From contig OZ176056.1 of NCBI GenBank assembly GCA_964247055.1, positions 2,418,001 through 2,482,000 on the forward strand: a DNA stretch of 64,000 bases, in the 5' to 3' direction. Source of the stretch: Paragordius varius. Lineage: Eukaryota; Animalia; Nematomorpha. Below, piece by piece: positions 36,202-50,100 of the stretch; positions within the stretch are counted from its first letter, which is position 1; each line of letters starts with the position of its first letter. The notes beneath the pieces are model-generated. The model did no database searches. It was given only the letters and a program-made list of their open reading frames with translations, and was not told the DNA's origin. Position numbers and translations under genes: made by a program.

Positions 36202-38460
36202 ATTGGCCATAGAAAATAATATTTTGCTTATATATATATATGCTATAAAAATATTTCAAACAGATTATAACTTTGTTGTTAAATATGTGTAACTAAATAA
36301 ATATTGTCGAAAAATTAAAAACAAGGCTTTTGAAATTTATACATGTAGGGAGTTTTTAAGCTGGCAATTTTGAAGACATGAATAAATTAGCATTATCGGC
36401 AAAAATATAAGTATATAGGTATTGTTGGAAACCTCATTTTTTATTCGGGAATATGTAAAATCTTAAATATCGTAAATTTTAAGCAAAAAAGAGTGTCTTT
36501 TCATTCACTTATTTGAAAAATTTGGAATATTTTTCAGGAAACCAAATTAACATATTGACGCCCCAGTTTCTTATCACTCCTATCATATCCGCATTTTTTA
36601 AATTGCATGGTTTTTCGCTCGCCCTAAAATGTGATTTGTTGATGGATTTAAAACATTGAGTTATATTCAAATTCAATATAATCGTAATTATATTTTTTCA
36701 ATATTATAAAACCTAATAATTCGTAACATTTTGGGAATGAGTAAATTTCAATACGGAAATCAGATAATATTTTGAAAGCATGCATTACAATTTTCGAAAA
36801 CCCATGTTGAAATTTTAAATAACTAATTATACATTCACACAAAGATGGCTCATAAAATTTCAAAATGTCGTCAGATTCTAAATTCTTTAAGTTTACAAAA
36901 AAAATATATAATAATTTGGAATAAAAGATTAAATATTATATATTTAAATTTATAAAAATATAAATGCTAACTTTTCAGTTCTCCAAAATTTTGGAATTTG
37001 TTATGTATGTATAAAAATATTTTCAAAAAAAGCAAATATAAACGCATAAAAAGCTCTCTCTCTCTCTATTTATGTTCATTGCTATTATATTTTTTATGTT
37101 TTATACTATTTTTTACCTGCATACTTTTATAATTTATACCTTAAATTTGTTTTTTCTGTATTTTTTAAATTGAATATAATACAGATCTTTCTGGCTAATA
37201 TCATTTTTTATATCATTTACACACTATAAATAATTCTGTAAAAATATTTATAAAATTAGAGTAAACCAATCCAAATTGAAAAACAAACATATGGCTTACC
37301 ATCCGCATCATGACCCTTTTAAACCACATAAAGAAACAATTCAACTCTTCAATTTATATAATTTTTTAATAATACTAACAAATTTTATAAAAATATAAAA
37401 GTGGCGCAAAAATATAAAGTTATAAACAATTTAATATGATTATATTAAACTGCAACGCATGGAAGCCTTTTTCAAAATTCTTAGGCATGGAAAACGACTA
37501 GGGATAAATCATTCATTAAAAAAATTGAACAAAACAGTTTATAATCGAGTATATTAGTAAAAAGCGATGGATGGTACTTTTTTATCTGGGTACATTTGGG
37601 GGCAAAGAATTAGTTTATAAAACGTATTCTGATTTTTAAGCTAGATTTAGAGATGCTTTTATATTCCCAAATACATGTTTATAAATAAGTTACAATAATT
37701 ATCAAAATTTTACGATATATTTCATGTAATTTTGTTGATAAAATAGGTAACCTATATAAATTTACAATGTGTAACGAAGCACAATGACAAAAATTATTGG
37801 CTAAAATGATATAAAGATAAATATAAAAGTGTTTAAGTAAGTTCAAGGTTTACATAAAAAATCTTATTTTTATTATCTTAAATAAAAATGAGTATTATAA
37901 AAATATTATTACGGGCTTTGAATTTGTAATTAAAATGATATCTTTAAAAGCAAGTAATCAATCACATTTGTATTTTATAAAAATAAATTTATACAATAAT
38001 CACCAAAGATTTTCGTTTGCGCCAAATTTAAATTCAGTTTTTTAAACCAAGCGGTTCCGGTTTTCCAAAAAAGCTTATACAAAATATTTTTACGGTAAAA
38101 AAACCTAGCAAAGAAACTCATTTCTTCATGAAGTCAAAACTGCAATTATGATTAAAAAATAGGGATATATTTTTTAACAAGTACCATTTCATATTTTTTT
38201 CAAATAAGGTATGAAAATTAATTATATCATTTACAATATTAATAAACCATTTGATTTTGAAAGATTATTTGTAGTTTTTGGCTTTATATGTATATATATA
38301 TATAATTAACATTGTATTAAATCATGTACAAATGTAAAAAAACTTTTTAGCCTTTGTAAAGCAATATAAATTCGCTGTAAAATATCTAATATTTAATCCT
38401 CAAAAATTTCACTCTACAAAAACAATTCATATACAAATCTTTGGAATAGAATTAATTAAT

Positions 38461-41400
38461 TTATTTATTAAGATTGGGTGAAATGCTAAATTTTGGTATC
38501 CCCAACAGGTCATGGACCCTTTCTTTATATTCTTGCAGAAGTTCGGGCGTTTCAACAGGACTTTCATGAATTTTATTTAGGGCTTTAGCGAAATTCTGAA
38601 TCTGTGGGATATGTAACAATTGCTCCTTTTGCGTTTCTAAAGTTTTGTTGCCATCGTCGACTTCAATATTTTCAAGGTTTGATTTAAGATATTGGGGCAC
38701 ATTTTCATCCTTACATATAAAAAAAGGTTATTTTTATATAAAATTAAATTATTGGCTAATATTTTTGATAAAAAAACCATACTTTTTATACCTTATTGTT
38801 TATTATATCGGTTTTCGAAATAATGAATAGAAATGTTTAGTAACCTATTAAATGTTATATTTGCCAATCGTAATTACATATTCATAGTAAAAATCAATTA
38901 TCATTAGATATTATTTTATAGCTAAAAATAAATCCGTAACTTTTTATAAAGATAATTTAAATTTTTACTGTAAAAAATTTAAAATTAAAAATAAATGCAA
39001 ACCTTATTAAAGCGTTTAATACGTTCCAGAATTTTGAAAACTTGTGTACTGCTAGGTCTTCGATGCCAGAAATATGCTTCGAAATCTTGTAAAGTTTTCC
39101 CATTACTTTCAAGTTCCCAATCTTCGACTTTCTACATACATGATGGAAATAGAATCAATGAGGAAAAAAAATGTTACGGAAAAACCCAAAAATTTACAGA
39201 CAATTATTTTTATAAAAAAAATTCGCTGTAATTTTTTAAACTTTAATTTTTTGTGTGTGATTTATGTTTTATAGTGCCAAGTATGATTATATTAAACTAA
39301 ATAATTTATATAGGTTTAAAAAAAGTAAAAAAGTATGGTTGTATTTGTTGAAAATATATTATTATAATGTTTTGTCCGTATAATTTCAATTTTTACTGTA
39401 TATTACAAACAAAAAAAGCATTTTAGCAAAAAAACAATTAAACATTTTCTAAGAATTTAAACGTCCAAAAACCGTTAATAACGTGTAATATAAACGCTAA
39501 AATATAATGTATGGTATTTTTTACCAAAAAAATACCAAAAATTTTCTTTTTTCTTAAAAAATAGAAAATATAAAAAAAGATTAGCAGATAATAAAAAAAG
39601 TTAGATTCTTCAAATGTGTGATTTACGCTGAACACAAAGGGTTAAAATTTGTTTTTATTAATTTATTTCGTTTTGCAGTAAGAAAAAATATATAGACACA
39701 TAACTTTAAAAGACTAGCACCATTTTTTATAGTGAAAATATTGTCTAAACCTTAAAAATATAAAAATCTCCTCGTTTTGCGTTTCTAATAGAAAAAAAAT
39801 GTTAAATAATATAACGGGCTCAATTTAACATTTATCGTTTAAAATATGTTTAAAAATATATTAAGGTTTAAAAATATCCTCTTTATATGGGATTAAAAAG
39901 TTTGTAATTCAGTTTTAAAATGTTTAAATTTCAATTCCAAAAGTTTGATATCTTTTAAATATAATAAGAAAAAAAGAGAGAAATATAATTATTTGATCTA
40001 TGTGTAAATAAAAAAATAAAGCTTAGAATAAAAAAATCCATCTGTTCTTTCAACAAATATATTCCAAAAATTATAACTAAAAAAGTCGAAAATCGATATC
40101 CAAAAATTATAACCAAAAAAGTTAAAAATCAATCAACATTTTTTGAAAAGATTCTTTCTCACAGCTACTAAAAATTAAGTTTTACCTTAGATTCAAAATA
40201 AAGGGCGGTGAGCAAATAGTAGGCATAATCTATGTTTTGTTGTCGGGTTGGACAAACTTCACTTTGAAGTGTTAAGTAATGATGCTTGCTTAAATTTTTA
40301 CGTCCCCCAATAAGCCTTAACAATTTATCATACCCATGATAATTGAAACCTAGTTGAGTAACTTTAATCTATAAAACAAGTAAAAATTTATAGTTTTAAG
40401 ATAATAGAAAATATTATAATTACATTTACTTTTTTAAAAAGCTTATGTATAAAAATATATTTTTTTATTTGAGTATTGTTTAAGAGTAGAATGGCGTTTA
40501 AATATTTTTTTTGAAACGTTCAAATATAAGTATATCCTTAAATGTACCATTTACAGTTCAAATTCATCCCTAAACAATTCAAATTCGCCCTTGAACGATT
40601 CAAATTCTCCCCTAAACAATTCAAATTCATCTCAAAATAAATTATGTGCTTAAGATTAAAAAATAATTATATTTTTAAAAAATAAAATATTGATTAAAAT
40701 TAAAATAATACTGAAAAAATAATAAACTATGCCATTAAGATATATATCATAATGATGAGTTATATTAGATCGAAAACATAAAATTTATTTTTAGGGTGAA
40801 TTTGAATTGTTCGAGAATGAATTTAAATTGTTTATAGGTGCAATTGTTTAAGGGTATATTTAAATTGTTTAAGGGTGAGTTTGACTTGTTCGAGGGTAAA
40901 TTTAAATTGTAAATGGTATGGTATATATCTTTAATTACACAAAGATCCAAAATATTAAATTTTAATATCTAGAAAAACAAACCATTACACACATGTTAAA
41001 CTTTTCCACTACATTTTTGATTTTTATTCCAACTTTTTTTGATTCTTTTACAAAATAAATATGCAATTTCGCCTTAAAAAGTAATTCTTAAATCTTATTG
41101 AAAATCACAAAAAAAAATTTTTTTTGCAAAAAAACACCTTCATAGTAACAAATTTTGAGCGTTCATCTCGTATATCTGGCCCAGAAAAACAAAAGTCATT
41201 CGTGGTAATTTCAATGGGAAAATATTGACTTATATGTTGATTCAAATGCAATTCTTCATCTTTATAAGCCATAAGCCATTTAGCAAGCCTCCTATCGTAA
41301 GAACTATTTTTATCACTATTCTCATTATTTAATGATTGATTTTCATTTGCTGTTTCAAAGGTATCTAGCGTTTTAATGGATTAATGTAATGTTGAAACAT

Positions 41401-44400
41401 AAGATTTTCCAAAGAAATTTAAATAATCTAAAATAGGAATAAAAATTCATATATTTGTATAAAACTTGTTATTAAATTAATCTTTAAAGTTGAGACAAAA
41501 GTAGCCTTAACTATTCTCCATAAGATAGTCAAATAATTATATATGGTTAAAAAATTTAAACTTTCGATTTAGTAATATAAATATTTCAGTTTTAAAAAGC
41601 GTTTTCCACTCAATAAAAATAAACGTTCTCCAATAACAATTCAAGGTAAAAAAATTTACCAATCCGGAAAATGTTTAAATTGACTTAAATGTTTCGTTCG
41701 ATTATTGATTTTCTTTTATTTGACTAAAAAAACGCTTTTTTGGGGTTTGAAAAAAAAGATATATAAAAACTGAATCAACTCTTTAATAAATTCTACCATT
41801 TTTATCATTCCTGTCATTATTACGATTGCGTTCAAAGTTAGGATTTTGTTTTTCATCAAACACATTTGGTAGGGGTGGAGGAAATGGGTTGTCCTTAACC
41901 ATTGTGGGGATATCATAAACCCCAGTTTTGGCCCAAATGCCTTGTTGACTGATGGGTATAAAACCTTTAAATCGATACATGGATTCTAAGCCCTTTGGCC
42001 AGGGTGTACAAAATTCTATAATAAAAAAGTATCGTGAAATTAAATATTGTTTTAGGATAAGTGTGAGATTTATATATATTTATATATATGTACATAAAAG
42101 AAAATTATTAAATTATTGATAACGATCTATAAAGAAAGATAGTATATCTATAAGATGCGTAATAAATTAATTAAACCCAGTATACCATTTATAGTTCAAA
42201 TTCACCCTTGAACAATTCAAATTCTCCCTAAAATAAATTAGGTGTTTTTTAAGATTAAAAATTACCTTTATTTTATTATATTTTTAAAATATAAAATTCT
42301 GTTTGAAATTAATATAATGCTGAAAAAATAAACTATGCCATAAAGATATATTTCATATTAATGATGAGTTATATTCTCCCGAAAATACATAATTTATTTT
42401 TAGGGTGAATTTGAATTGTTCAGGGGTGAATTTAAACTGTTAATGGTATATTAATGATTATACACAATGTAAATTGCAAATAAATAAATCATTTAAAATT
42501 ACAAAATCAAAACAATCATTTCGGTAATATTAATGTATAACTACATATTTGTATTATGTGTTATCATAATTTTTATTTATGCAAAAAAATCGCAAAATAG
42601 CAAATGAATTTAATGATAAAAAATTCAACCAGAAGAATCATACCTTATTAAGATTTCTTAACTACAATAATAATAGAATATTTAAGCCATGTTTAAGTGA
42701 ACAACCTTTGATTCCGATAGTTTTTTTTTTACTTAATCCTAATTTTTCAGAGCAACGCTTAGGTAAAATTAGTTATGACAAATTGATACAATAATATTTT
42801 ATTTTATATAAATGGATAGTCAGTTCGTAAACTAACTTTGAGGTTTAAATCAGATTCATATAATATTAATTAAGGTTAAACAGAGGTTCTTTACTTTTAG
42901 CGCAGCGCATTTTTTTAAAATCGTAGGAGTAATGTGGAAAATATTGGTTTCAAAATGCCATATAGTTAAAAGAAAATCCCAGAATTAGGATAATTTTAAA
43001 ACTATTCCACAACTTATTTTAATAAAACAGTCTCATATACTTTTTAAGGCAGCCCATTTCGCTTTATGTTTGGAATGGATGATAGAAAAAATTGGGTATT
43101 TTACATAAAATGACATAAAAATTTTATGTTAGCTTGAAAAATTCTGAAATTTACGTTTTATAATGCCATAAAAGTATAAAATTAATCTTTAACTCCAGTT
43201 TATATATTTTTAAGTTCAACACATTGCTTTTTTATGACACTAGGAATAGGATGGGAAACATTGGGTAAATTTTTTTAAAAAATATTAAAATATATCTAGC
43301 AAGATGATCTAGTTGATATAAATTTTTATGCTTTATTTTAAACCCTAAATGCACAGAATTTAACTTATTAAAACCAACATTGCTTTAAGGAGTATAAATA
43401 TAGCAAGATTTTGATAATAAAAGTTAGCATAAAAATTTCATATACTGACACTAAAACAAAAATTATATAGTTAACTGTAATTGATATACTCTCACTTTTT
43501 AACACAGCGCATTGTTCGTTGATCACGGTTGGGGTAGGATGGAAAAAATTTGGCAAATTTTTATAAAAAATATTAAAATATATAGCAAGATTTTGATATT
43601 TAAAAGTTAACATAAACTGACTAAAGCATACATTATAATTTAACTGTATTTTACTTTTTAGCGCAGCGCATTGTTCTTTGATCACTCTTGGGGTGAGATG
43701 GAAAAAATATTTTAGCATAAAAATTTTACGTTAGCTAGAAAATCCTGGAATCATTTAATGTCTAAGTATAAAATAATTCTTTAACTCCTCTTTATATTGC
43801 AGCACATTGCTTCTCGGTATATTTTTTAAAAAAAATATTAATATAGTATATCTAGCAACATTTTGATACATATAAAAGTTAACATAAAATTTTCATATAC
43901 CAACACTATATCATAAATTATATAGTTTGTAATTAATATAATCTCACTTTTTAGGGCAGCGCATTGTTCTTTGATCACGGTTGGGGTGAGATGGAAAAAA
44001 TTGGGTATTTTAGCATAAAAATTTTACGTTAGCTGGAAAATTCTGGAATCATTTAATGTTTAAGTAAAAAATTAATCTTTAACTCTTCTCTATATATTTT
44101 TTAATGCAGCACATTGATTCTTTAGCACACTAGGAAGATGGAAAAAATTTATATTTTTTTAAATATTAAAATATATATCTAGCAAGATGATCTTTAAAGT
44201 TGACATATTGCCTTAAAAATCTTTAACCCTAAATGCACAGCATTCTACTTTTAAAAGCAGTTCTTGCTTTAAGGAGTAAAAATAAAATTTTGACATTACA
44301 CTAACATAAATATATAGTTAACTGTAATTAATATAATCTCACTTTTTAACGCAGAGCATTGTTCTTTGATCACGGTTGGGGTGAGATGGAAAAAATTGGG

Positions 44401-45991
44401 TATTTTAGCAAGTTCCAAATTGCCAAACGCCACAGGTGAGGATTTAGACCGGGTCGCAGGCAAACCCTGTCTCACGGGTAACGGAATGACTGAAGCGTTA
44501 TAACTGTGAGCCATGGGCCAAACAGAACCCCAATCTTGATCGATAGGGGCACGTCGATTACGTGGCGGCATAATGTTTTGTTTCTATAGTTAATATAAAA
44601 AAAATTGAATTGGTTAGGCATATAAAAAATATATGACAGTAGTTTTAACTAGAACTTCGTTTATAAATTAAATTAAAGTAAATTAAACGTCAGAATTTGC
44701 TAAAATCAGCTTTTCGAGGAAATATGATATATTCAATATATCATCAAAGCTAATGATTTAAAAATTTAAAGTAACGAAATTGAGATTTTTTTGTTTTCCA
44801 ATTGCTTCTATTTTCCGTATCTTCTATTTTTAGTTTGATCCCAGTAAGGTCACCATATATATTACTGAGCCAGCTTTTAAAGGGCGTCCCAAGTTTTCAG
44901 CTCGGTTTAGAGTAAGACATCATTTTATGGATATAATTTTTTGGAGGTCAAGATGGATGTGAACAGCCCATTTAAGTCGTTTGGCTCTTTGAAAGGGTTA
45001 AGAGCAGAGATTTTAAGGATTGTAACGGGATCGAATCGATAATTAAAATTATAGAATTTAGGATTATGTCCAAAAAGAATTGTTTTGAGTATTTTGGATT
45101 CAGAGTTTTGAAATGTGCCAAGGTTAGACTTTGTCATAGGCCAGCATTCCGTGTCTTAGGTCATCTCCGCATGGATAAAAGAATATAGCTGCGATTACGT
45201 TTCAAGTTTGATGAATTTATTATTAATTATGTGTTTTAGTCGATGGTATTTTCCCATACAGATGACCTGTGTTTGAGGCCATAATTGATACCTACGTTGG
45301 CAATTAATTCATCGCCAAAACATTTGAAGTGGGTATCAGTTTTGTAATTTTAGTTATTAGAGAATGGGTTTATATTTGGTTCTGGAAGAGGTAAGTTATC
45401 GATGCAATTTGAGCAAGCGAAGTTATCTATCCCAAGTGATTTTAGATTGGTGCATTTTTAATGGATTCAGAAATTACATTGCAAACAATATAAAATTTGC
45501 CTTAACAGCTAGAGCGCAAATTCTACATGGGTACTTAATCGGCATTCTATTATCATACATTAATTTTGTTATGGTTGGATTAATTTTGGGAAAATATCTT
45601 TTTCAAGCATATCTCCATTTGTCAATAGATAGAAGGAGGTTGTCTTCAGATAAATTTTTTATCAAGATCATCTGCAAAGAGCTCCCAAAGTAAACTGCGA
45701 ATATTCTTTGTAATCCCATCAATTATAATAAGGTGTAAAAAATTATATAATTTCATCGAAAATAAAAATAATATAATATACAAGTATAAGAAAGTTATTT
45801 AAATTCATACCGTTTGTGACCGTCTTTTTGTTCTAACTTCATCACGTTGAACTCTTTTAAATTCTTCCACATCTTATATGATATTACTAACAATAAAATT
45901 TACTTATATCTTCTGGTTTATTATCATATCCTGTTAGTATTGAACGCTTAATATGTTTAAAATGATAGATTTTGATTTTTCTCTCAAACAT
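38461..45991 (-). CDS. MRPS35: Mitochondrial small-subunit ribosomal protein mS35, about 465 aa, with an approximately 100-aa insertion
   Basis: Exons 45904-45991, 45811-45872, 44343-44583, 41797-42015, 41138-41364, 40186-40368, 39003-39131, 38461-38709 (1398 nt, in frame). Motifs PPR...DQDWGSVWP, VIPLPVRQG, GNLELAKIPNFFHLTP, FCTPWP, YFPIEI...SGPDIR, CPTRQQNIDYAYYLLTALYFES, EYKERVHDLL. Confidence 0.92.
40545..40918. mobile_element. MITE family A copy in an MRPS35 intron
   Basis: TACCATTTAC / GTAAATGGTA termini, 21-nt subrepeats. Confidence 0.75.
42183..42448. mobile_element. MITE family A copy in MRPS35 intron 3
   Basis: TACCATTTATAGTTCAAATTCACCC ... GGGTGAATTTAAACTGTTAATGGTA. Confidence 0.75.
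42890..44410 (-). repeat. Complex tandem duplication of the 3' end of MRPS35 exon 3 plus donor and flanking intron
   Basis: Copies of the HLTPxVIKEQCAALK|GT block at about 43945-44014, 43652-43715 and 43492-43556, and a stub at 42891-42915. Intervening blocks also repeat (43300-43400 vs 44180-44280). Confidence 0.85.
44780..45720 (-). mobile_element. Decayed RTE-type LINE (3' part of RT) in MRPS35 intron 2
   Basis: Fragments WELFADDL, KYPCRIC, FKCFGD, TECWPMTK...ESKILKTI, GRPFKSW...EDTENRSNW, with multiple stops and frameshifts. Confidence 0.7.
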
Positions 45992-46027
45992 TTGGCTTAA
46001 AAGCTCGGTGAAAATATTTCAAAAACC

Positions 46028-47107
46028 ATGTGCATAACACAGCATTCAAAAGTTAAACAGATGTCTGAAGAAAACTCGTTGAAATATTTACCAGTAGATT
46101 CTCCTTTATTTTGTCAATTCTTGTTGACAATTTTTTCTATCGTTTCATTAATTTTGCAATACATTCAAATTTATAAAACTATTTGGTGGTTACCCTTTTC
46201 ACATACCCCTTATGCATTGGTAAACTTGGCCATTAATGTTGTACTTTAGAATTTTTATTTAATGAACCCTTACGTTATAATATATTTGCTCTCTATATTA
46301 ATGGCTCCCTTTGTTATGGAATTTGCACGAAAAGTTGATCATTTTTGATATATAATATTTAGTTTATAAAAGATTATAAGAATTCACAGGCGTATTTTAT
46401 GGTTTGGTCACTTGCCCTAATACCCATTTTAAATTATTACTTCATAAGTTTCCAATTTGATGTAGTTCGGACCTTATTTATTCTATATCCGTATAAATTT
46501 TTTAAAGTTATAGGTGGATCCTTTTTGCATTATATAAATTGCTAAAAATATTGCTTCAGATGAAAAATATGGCAAAGTCTTTACACAGCACTACAAATTT
46601 CTTTAATCAAATCAAAATGATTATATTTTTATCGAATCAATCAAAAGTATAATCCATATAATTTTAGGTACCTTTTAATTTGAGTTCCGACATGTCGAAA
46701 ATTCAAGACTTTAAAGAATTTTTCAATAGCAACATTTCAAAAATGGTGTTTACTACATTGTATTACTCCTATCACGCTTGTTTTTTGCCATGTATCTTAA
46801 CGCCGGTATATATTATAAGATCTTTTTGTATAAAATATTATTTTGGAGATTTATATAAAAAAGTAAAAAGGGAGACTAATTTAATTAAGTTTGGCTTATT
46901 ATATCATAAAAATAAAATTAATAATTCGGTTTTATTCCAAAAAGCGAGATATTTAAACAATTCAATTTAATATTCCAGAAATCTTAATATTATGCTAATA
47001 TATTTATCACTTTAAATTAATATCAAAATTCTAAAAGTATGTTTTAGTATAAAATAAATTTCGTTTATACCATATTATATATAGTTATAAAAAATTTTAA
47101 CCAAATA

Positions 47108-47147
<40 letters not shown>

Positions 47148-50100
47148 ACATAAATATTTTAGCAGTATGAAAATAACCCAATTTATCATTTTTTATTGAC
47201 ACTAAAAAAATTATTTTTTTTCTAGAGTACCGTCAATTACTTTATCAGTGATGCCATATTAATTTTTACGGCTAGCACATTAACTATTACATCGATAGTT
47301 TTATTTGAAACTTTTTCCTACAATGGACCTCTGACTTCCACAGGCTATAAAATTTGTCAAAATATTCAGGCTTTGGATGGAACAAAGTATTATTAATTTT
47401 AGTAAATTATATATATTTAAAGTTATAAGGATAAGTTTTTTATTGTAATTTTAAACCATGTATTTCTTGAGAATATTTAAGTCCCTATTTATAAATTATA
47501 TAAATTATAGGATTAGATTATTAAAATGTGGATTATAAAACCCAAAACGGTTTATTTTATCTTATATACCACTTTTATTTCAAGTTGGTCCTTAAACACT
47601 TTAAGTTTGTCCTTCGACACTTCAAGTTGGTGCTTAGACTTTTTAAGTTTGAATTTGACCATTTGCATGTATTTTTTTCATTTTTTACCCAATTTTTTTA
47701 TTTTATTATATATATTTATTTATTAATATTTTTTAATTAAAAAAGTTTTGTTTCCAACTAATTTTTTCCAATTCAACAATATTATGCAACCATAAATGTT
47801 TTCGACAAAAAATTATAACTATTATAATCTAGAAAACTAATATTTTTTTTATTTACATGCTAAAATTATAAAATTAATATATTTTTTTAAGATCTAAATC
47901 AGCTATACGGTTAATTAAAAGTTGATATTGATTAAAAATGGTTAGAGCAAGAGAATTGGTTAAAAATTATAAAATATATGAATGATGCATGGTTTGATTG
48001 ATAATTAAAAATAAATTCAAAACGTTGAACAAACAACTTGAAGTGTTTAAGGACCAATTTGAAATCTTAATTGACCATGAATTGTTCAAGAACCAATTTG
48101 AAATGTTAAAGGACCAACTTGAATTGTTTAAGGACATCAAGTGTAAATACTACTATAAGCAATTTTTCCATCATCCTGTCAGCCGGTGAGTGTTATAACC
48201 TTCGCAAGTCTACAATTTAAGTCTTTACCCTTTAATAAAAAAAATGTAAAAAAGAACCCTAAACTGTATATTATACTATTCATATTAAACAAATTTATTA
48301 TAAAAAAAGATAAGCTTTGTTTTTCTATTTTTATGTCTTATCTTTTCAAATTTATTTTAATGTAGATTAAATATAGTTGATTCTTAGATGCCATATTTAA
48401 GAAAAATTTTAAAATATAAAATATTTATGCATTTTACCTTGGTTCGGAACTAATAAAGTTGTTTATTTGATTTAAATGATATATGATAAAAATTGGTTAA
48501 TAATTAATATTTGTTTTGATGACATTTGAAACAATAACCATCCTGAAAAAGGTCACGTATTTTTCTGCATTTTAATACCAGTATATATTGTTAATTTAGA
48601 TAAATAAAATATAAATTTTTGATTAATTTATACGGTAATCTTATATCTTAGTTTTAAAGCGTTCAAATATTTTTTAAAAAAAATATAATTGATATATTTT
48701 TAAAATCTAGAGAAAATAATACTTTCAATGATGCAAATATGGCTGAAATCGAGCTATTCAAACAAAGTTGGATATATGTAAGTATATTTAAAATTATATT
48801 CATTTTTTTCAAAGAGTTTTTAATTCGCTATAGAAAAAAATATTTTTATATGAAGGTATTTTTCTGTATTTTACACCTTTATTGATTTTTTGAAATATCG
48901 CTTCTGTAACGAATAAATTTTAGCTATAATCTTAATCCAAAAACAAATTAACAAATATATATATGATTGTATATTAAATGGAATTAATAAAGAGTAGTAT
49001 TATCTCACAATCTTATAAACTTGGTTAAAACATTTTTTTACTTTAATAACGTATGGTATGTAAGAAATTGTTTAACTATGACAATGGGTAATCTGTATTA
49101 TGTTAAAATTGGGATTTTTTTCCAGTTTTATGCTAGATATATGTCACCACTTATAAAATTCTCGCTTTTTATTAACCAACTAATTATATCATTAATAATA
49201 TATAATAAAAGTATGAATTATTAAAGTTGTTGAGATCTTAAAATCTAATTATATATCTAAATATTATAAACATATGAGCCAAGTTATATTGAAAGCGGTC
49301 ACATCCAGGAATGCATTCTAAGATAATTAAATCAACCTGTACATATAAAAGTTATGTCTTTTGGTGTGAAGAACGGTATCCCACAAAGGAGTAGTTAGAT
49401 TTATATATTTAGATTTTGTACGGCATGCAAATTTTAAAACATATAAAATGAGTAATTAGGCTAAAAACGTGCCTGTAACCATTTTAAAAAAATTATACTT
49501 TTTCATATCAGCAGTTCTATTTTTTAAAACAATTCTCGTTGTGTATAATAAAATTATTATATAATTAAACCATAAGTTTCTGCAAACATTTCTCTCCTTA
49601 TGGATGGATGATATTAGGCTCCATAATCGGAGTTTTGTATCCACCAAGTAATTTCCTACATAAATTACGATCTTTTCTGTAAAATACGTTGATTCAAGCC
49701 CATTTTTATATATCATTATAAGAAAAGAGTGGTCGTCCCTTTCTTTTATTGCCATCAACATTAATGTTTTCAACAGTTTTTATAGGATGGGTGGCGTCTC
49801 TTCTCTAAATATGACCGTAGAGAAGCAATCTATTAGTTTGAATGATATAATCGATTTTGTCGGTTTTTTTAATGAAAGTTGTATTTCTGGTGTACGAAAG
49901 CAGCTTTTGAGTATTCGGTTCTCACTGGTTAGGAGTTTTTGATTAGTTTTGTTTAACGCCCAGGTTTCAGAACCATAGGTAAGAGCAGGTCTTATTCCTG
50001 CCTTGTATAGATACCATTTATTACGATTGTTAACATTTTTGTTTTGGAAAACATATTTTAACTGATTGTATTTATCCAATCTTGTTGTATTCTTCTTTTG

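Noticed and set aside
37298-37345. Possible upstream exon of the CBR-like gene (donor ATG|GTAAGC, minus strand)
   Set aside because: Good donor but weak acceptor and ambiguous frame; cannot be tied to the gene without cDNA.
45364-45693. 109-aa plus-strand ORF as a separate gene
   Set aside because: It is antisense to the decayed RT of the LINE in MRPS35 intron 2.
48140-48190. Candidate TMEM39 cassette exon ending in CG|GTGAG
   Set aside because: No acceptor and phase combination fits both neighbours; the gene is in frame without it.
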